From contig MU054363.1 of the NCBI GenBank assembly GCA_013239625.1, positions 1 through 34,738 on the forward strand: DNA of 34,738 nt. The letters run 5' to 3'. The position numbers were made by a program, and so were the translations under genes. This DNA comes from Lama guanicoe (lineage: Eukaryota). Below the pieces are notes generated by a model that had not been told where the DNA came from, did not search any database, and saw only the letters and a program-made list of their open reading frames with translations. Every line of letters begins with the position of its first letter. Position 1 is the first letter of the stretch. Positions 33,593-34,738 of the stretch are shown one piece after another.

Positions 33593-34609
33593 CAAAGTAT
33601 AATATAAAGCTATAGTAATCAAAACAGTATGACAGTGACATAAAAACAGACAATACGCCAATGGAACAGGATCAAAAGTCCAGAAATAAACACATGAATA
33701 TTCCGTCAACAAATATTTGACAAAGGAGCCAAGACTACTCAGAGGAGAAAGCAGTCTCTTTAATAAAGGGAAATTAGATAAAAGGAGTGAAACTAGACCC
33801 CTATCATACCCCACTCAAAAAAAAATCAACTCAAAATGGATTATAGACTTAAATAGAAGTCCTGAAGCTATAAAATGCCTGGAAGAAAATATAGGAAACC
33901 AAGCTCCCTGACATGGGTCTTAGGAACAATTTTTAAAATTTTACACCTAAAGCATTAGCACCAAAATTAAAAATCAACAAATGGGACTACATAAAATGAA
34001 AAAGAAAAAGTAATAACCAACAAAATGAAAAGGCAGCCTACAGAATGGGAGAAAATATTTGCAAATCATGTATCTGATCAGAGGTTAATATCTAAAATGT
34101 ATAAGCATACCACTCAATAGCCAAAACAAAACAAAACAAAACAAACAAAAATGAAATAATACAATGTTAAAAAGGGCAAAGGACCTAAATAGATATTTTT
34201 CCAAAGAAGATATTCAGATAGCCAACAGGTACATGAAAAGATGCTCAACTTGACTAATCATCAGGGACATGCAAATTAAAAGCACAATGAGATACTACCT
34301 CATGCCTGTTAGAATGGCCATCATGAGAAAGATGAATGCTAACAAATGCTGGGGCAAATGCAGAGAAAGGGAGCCCTGGTGAACTGTTGGTGGGATTGTA
34401 AATTGGTGCAGCTACTACAGAAAACAGTATGGAGGATCCTTAAAAACTTAAAAATAAAACGACCATAGGATCCATCCACCCTATTTCTGGGTATATTGCC
34501 AAAGGAAATGAAATCACTATCTCAAAGAGATAACTGCATGTCCATGTTTATTGAAGCATTATTTACAAAACATGGAAACAACCTAAGTGTCCATCAACAA
34601 ATGAACAGA

Positions 34610-34699
34610 CAACACAACATTGTAAAATGGCTATAACTCAATTTAAAAAAAGTTAAAAGATTATACTGTGACAGTGACGCAGCAAAAAAAAAGAAAGAA
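34610..34699 (+). mobile_element. Very short young L1 3' end with extra downstream sequence
   Basis: caacacaacattgtaaaatggctataactcaat, an A tract, about 25 unique nt and a second A tract. Perfect TSD aacaaatgaacaga at 34596-34609 and 34700-34713. Confidence 0.85.
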
Positions 34700-34738
34700 A
34701 ACAAATGAACAGATAACAAAGATGAAGATGTGAGATAG

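Larger units (their letters stand above)
28465..34738 (+). mobile_element. Old L1 ORF2 (endonuclease end through RT to C-terminus), host of multiple nested insertions
   Basis: gcagaatacacattcttctcaagtgcaca, gcagaaaaagcatttgacaaaattcaaca and gaatgggagaaaatatttgcaaatcat are collinear ORF2 segments. Degenerate, and antisense to NLRP3. Confidence 0.93.

Noticed and set aside
1..34738. Prokaryote-type systems (CRISPR array, operons, rRNA)
   Set aside because: The window is mammalian DNA, and no regularly spaced repeat-spacer array or rRNA similarity was seen.

Overview
Mammalian genomic DNA, most likely camelid (alpaca or camel), judged from a Vic-1-type tRNA-Ala-derived SINE and the style of the young L1 3' ends. 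The window covers the junction between an olfactory receptor (OR) cluster and NLRP3. Genes: the 5'-truncated OR2B11 CDS (+, to 805); a second family-2 OR reading frame (+, 12932-13886) with no usable in-frame ATG of its own; and the last three coding exons plus 3'UTR of NLRP3 (-). The rest is mostly L1, L2, MIR, MaLR and MER5 repeats, with three N-gaps. Main observations: (1) A Kozak-perfect ATG mini-exon at 5678-5691 splices in frame, across a 7.2 kb intron, onto the second OR, suggesting a split-CDS OR. That OR also has DRY->DQY and SY->SC substitutions. (2) A 1.29 kb GC-rich, non-repeat sequence sits inside an old L1MC between perfect 15-bp target-site duplications (TSDs). (3) An old L1 in an NLRP3 intron holds several nested TSD-flanked insertions, including an ORF1-only half-L1, a tailless 5' half of tRNA-Gly(TCC) and short 3' transductions. 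All calls were made by eye. Repeat subfamily names and repeat boundaries are approximate.
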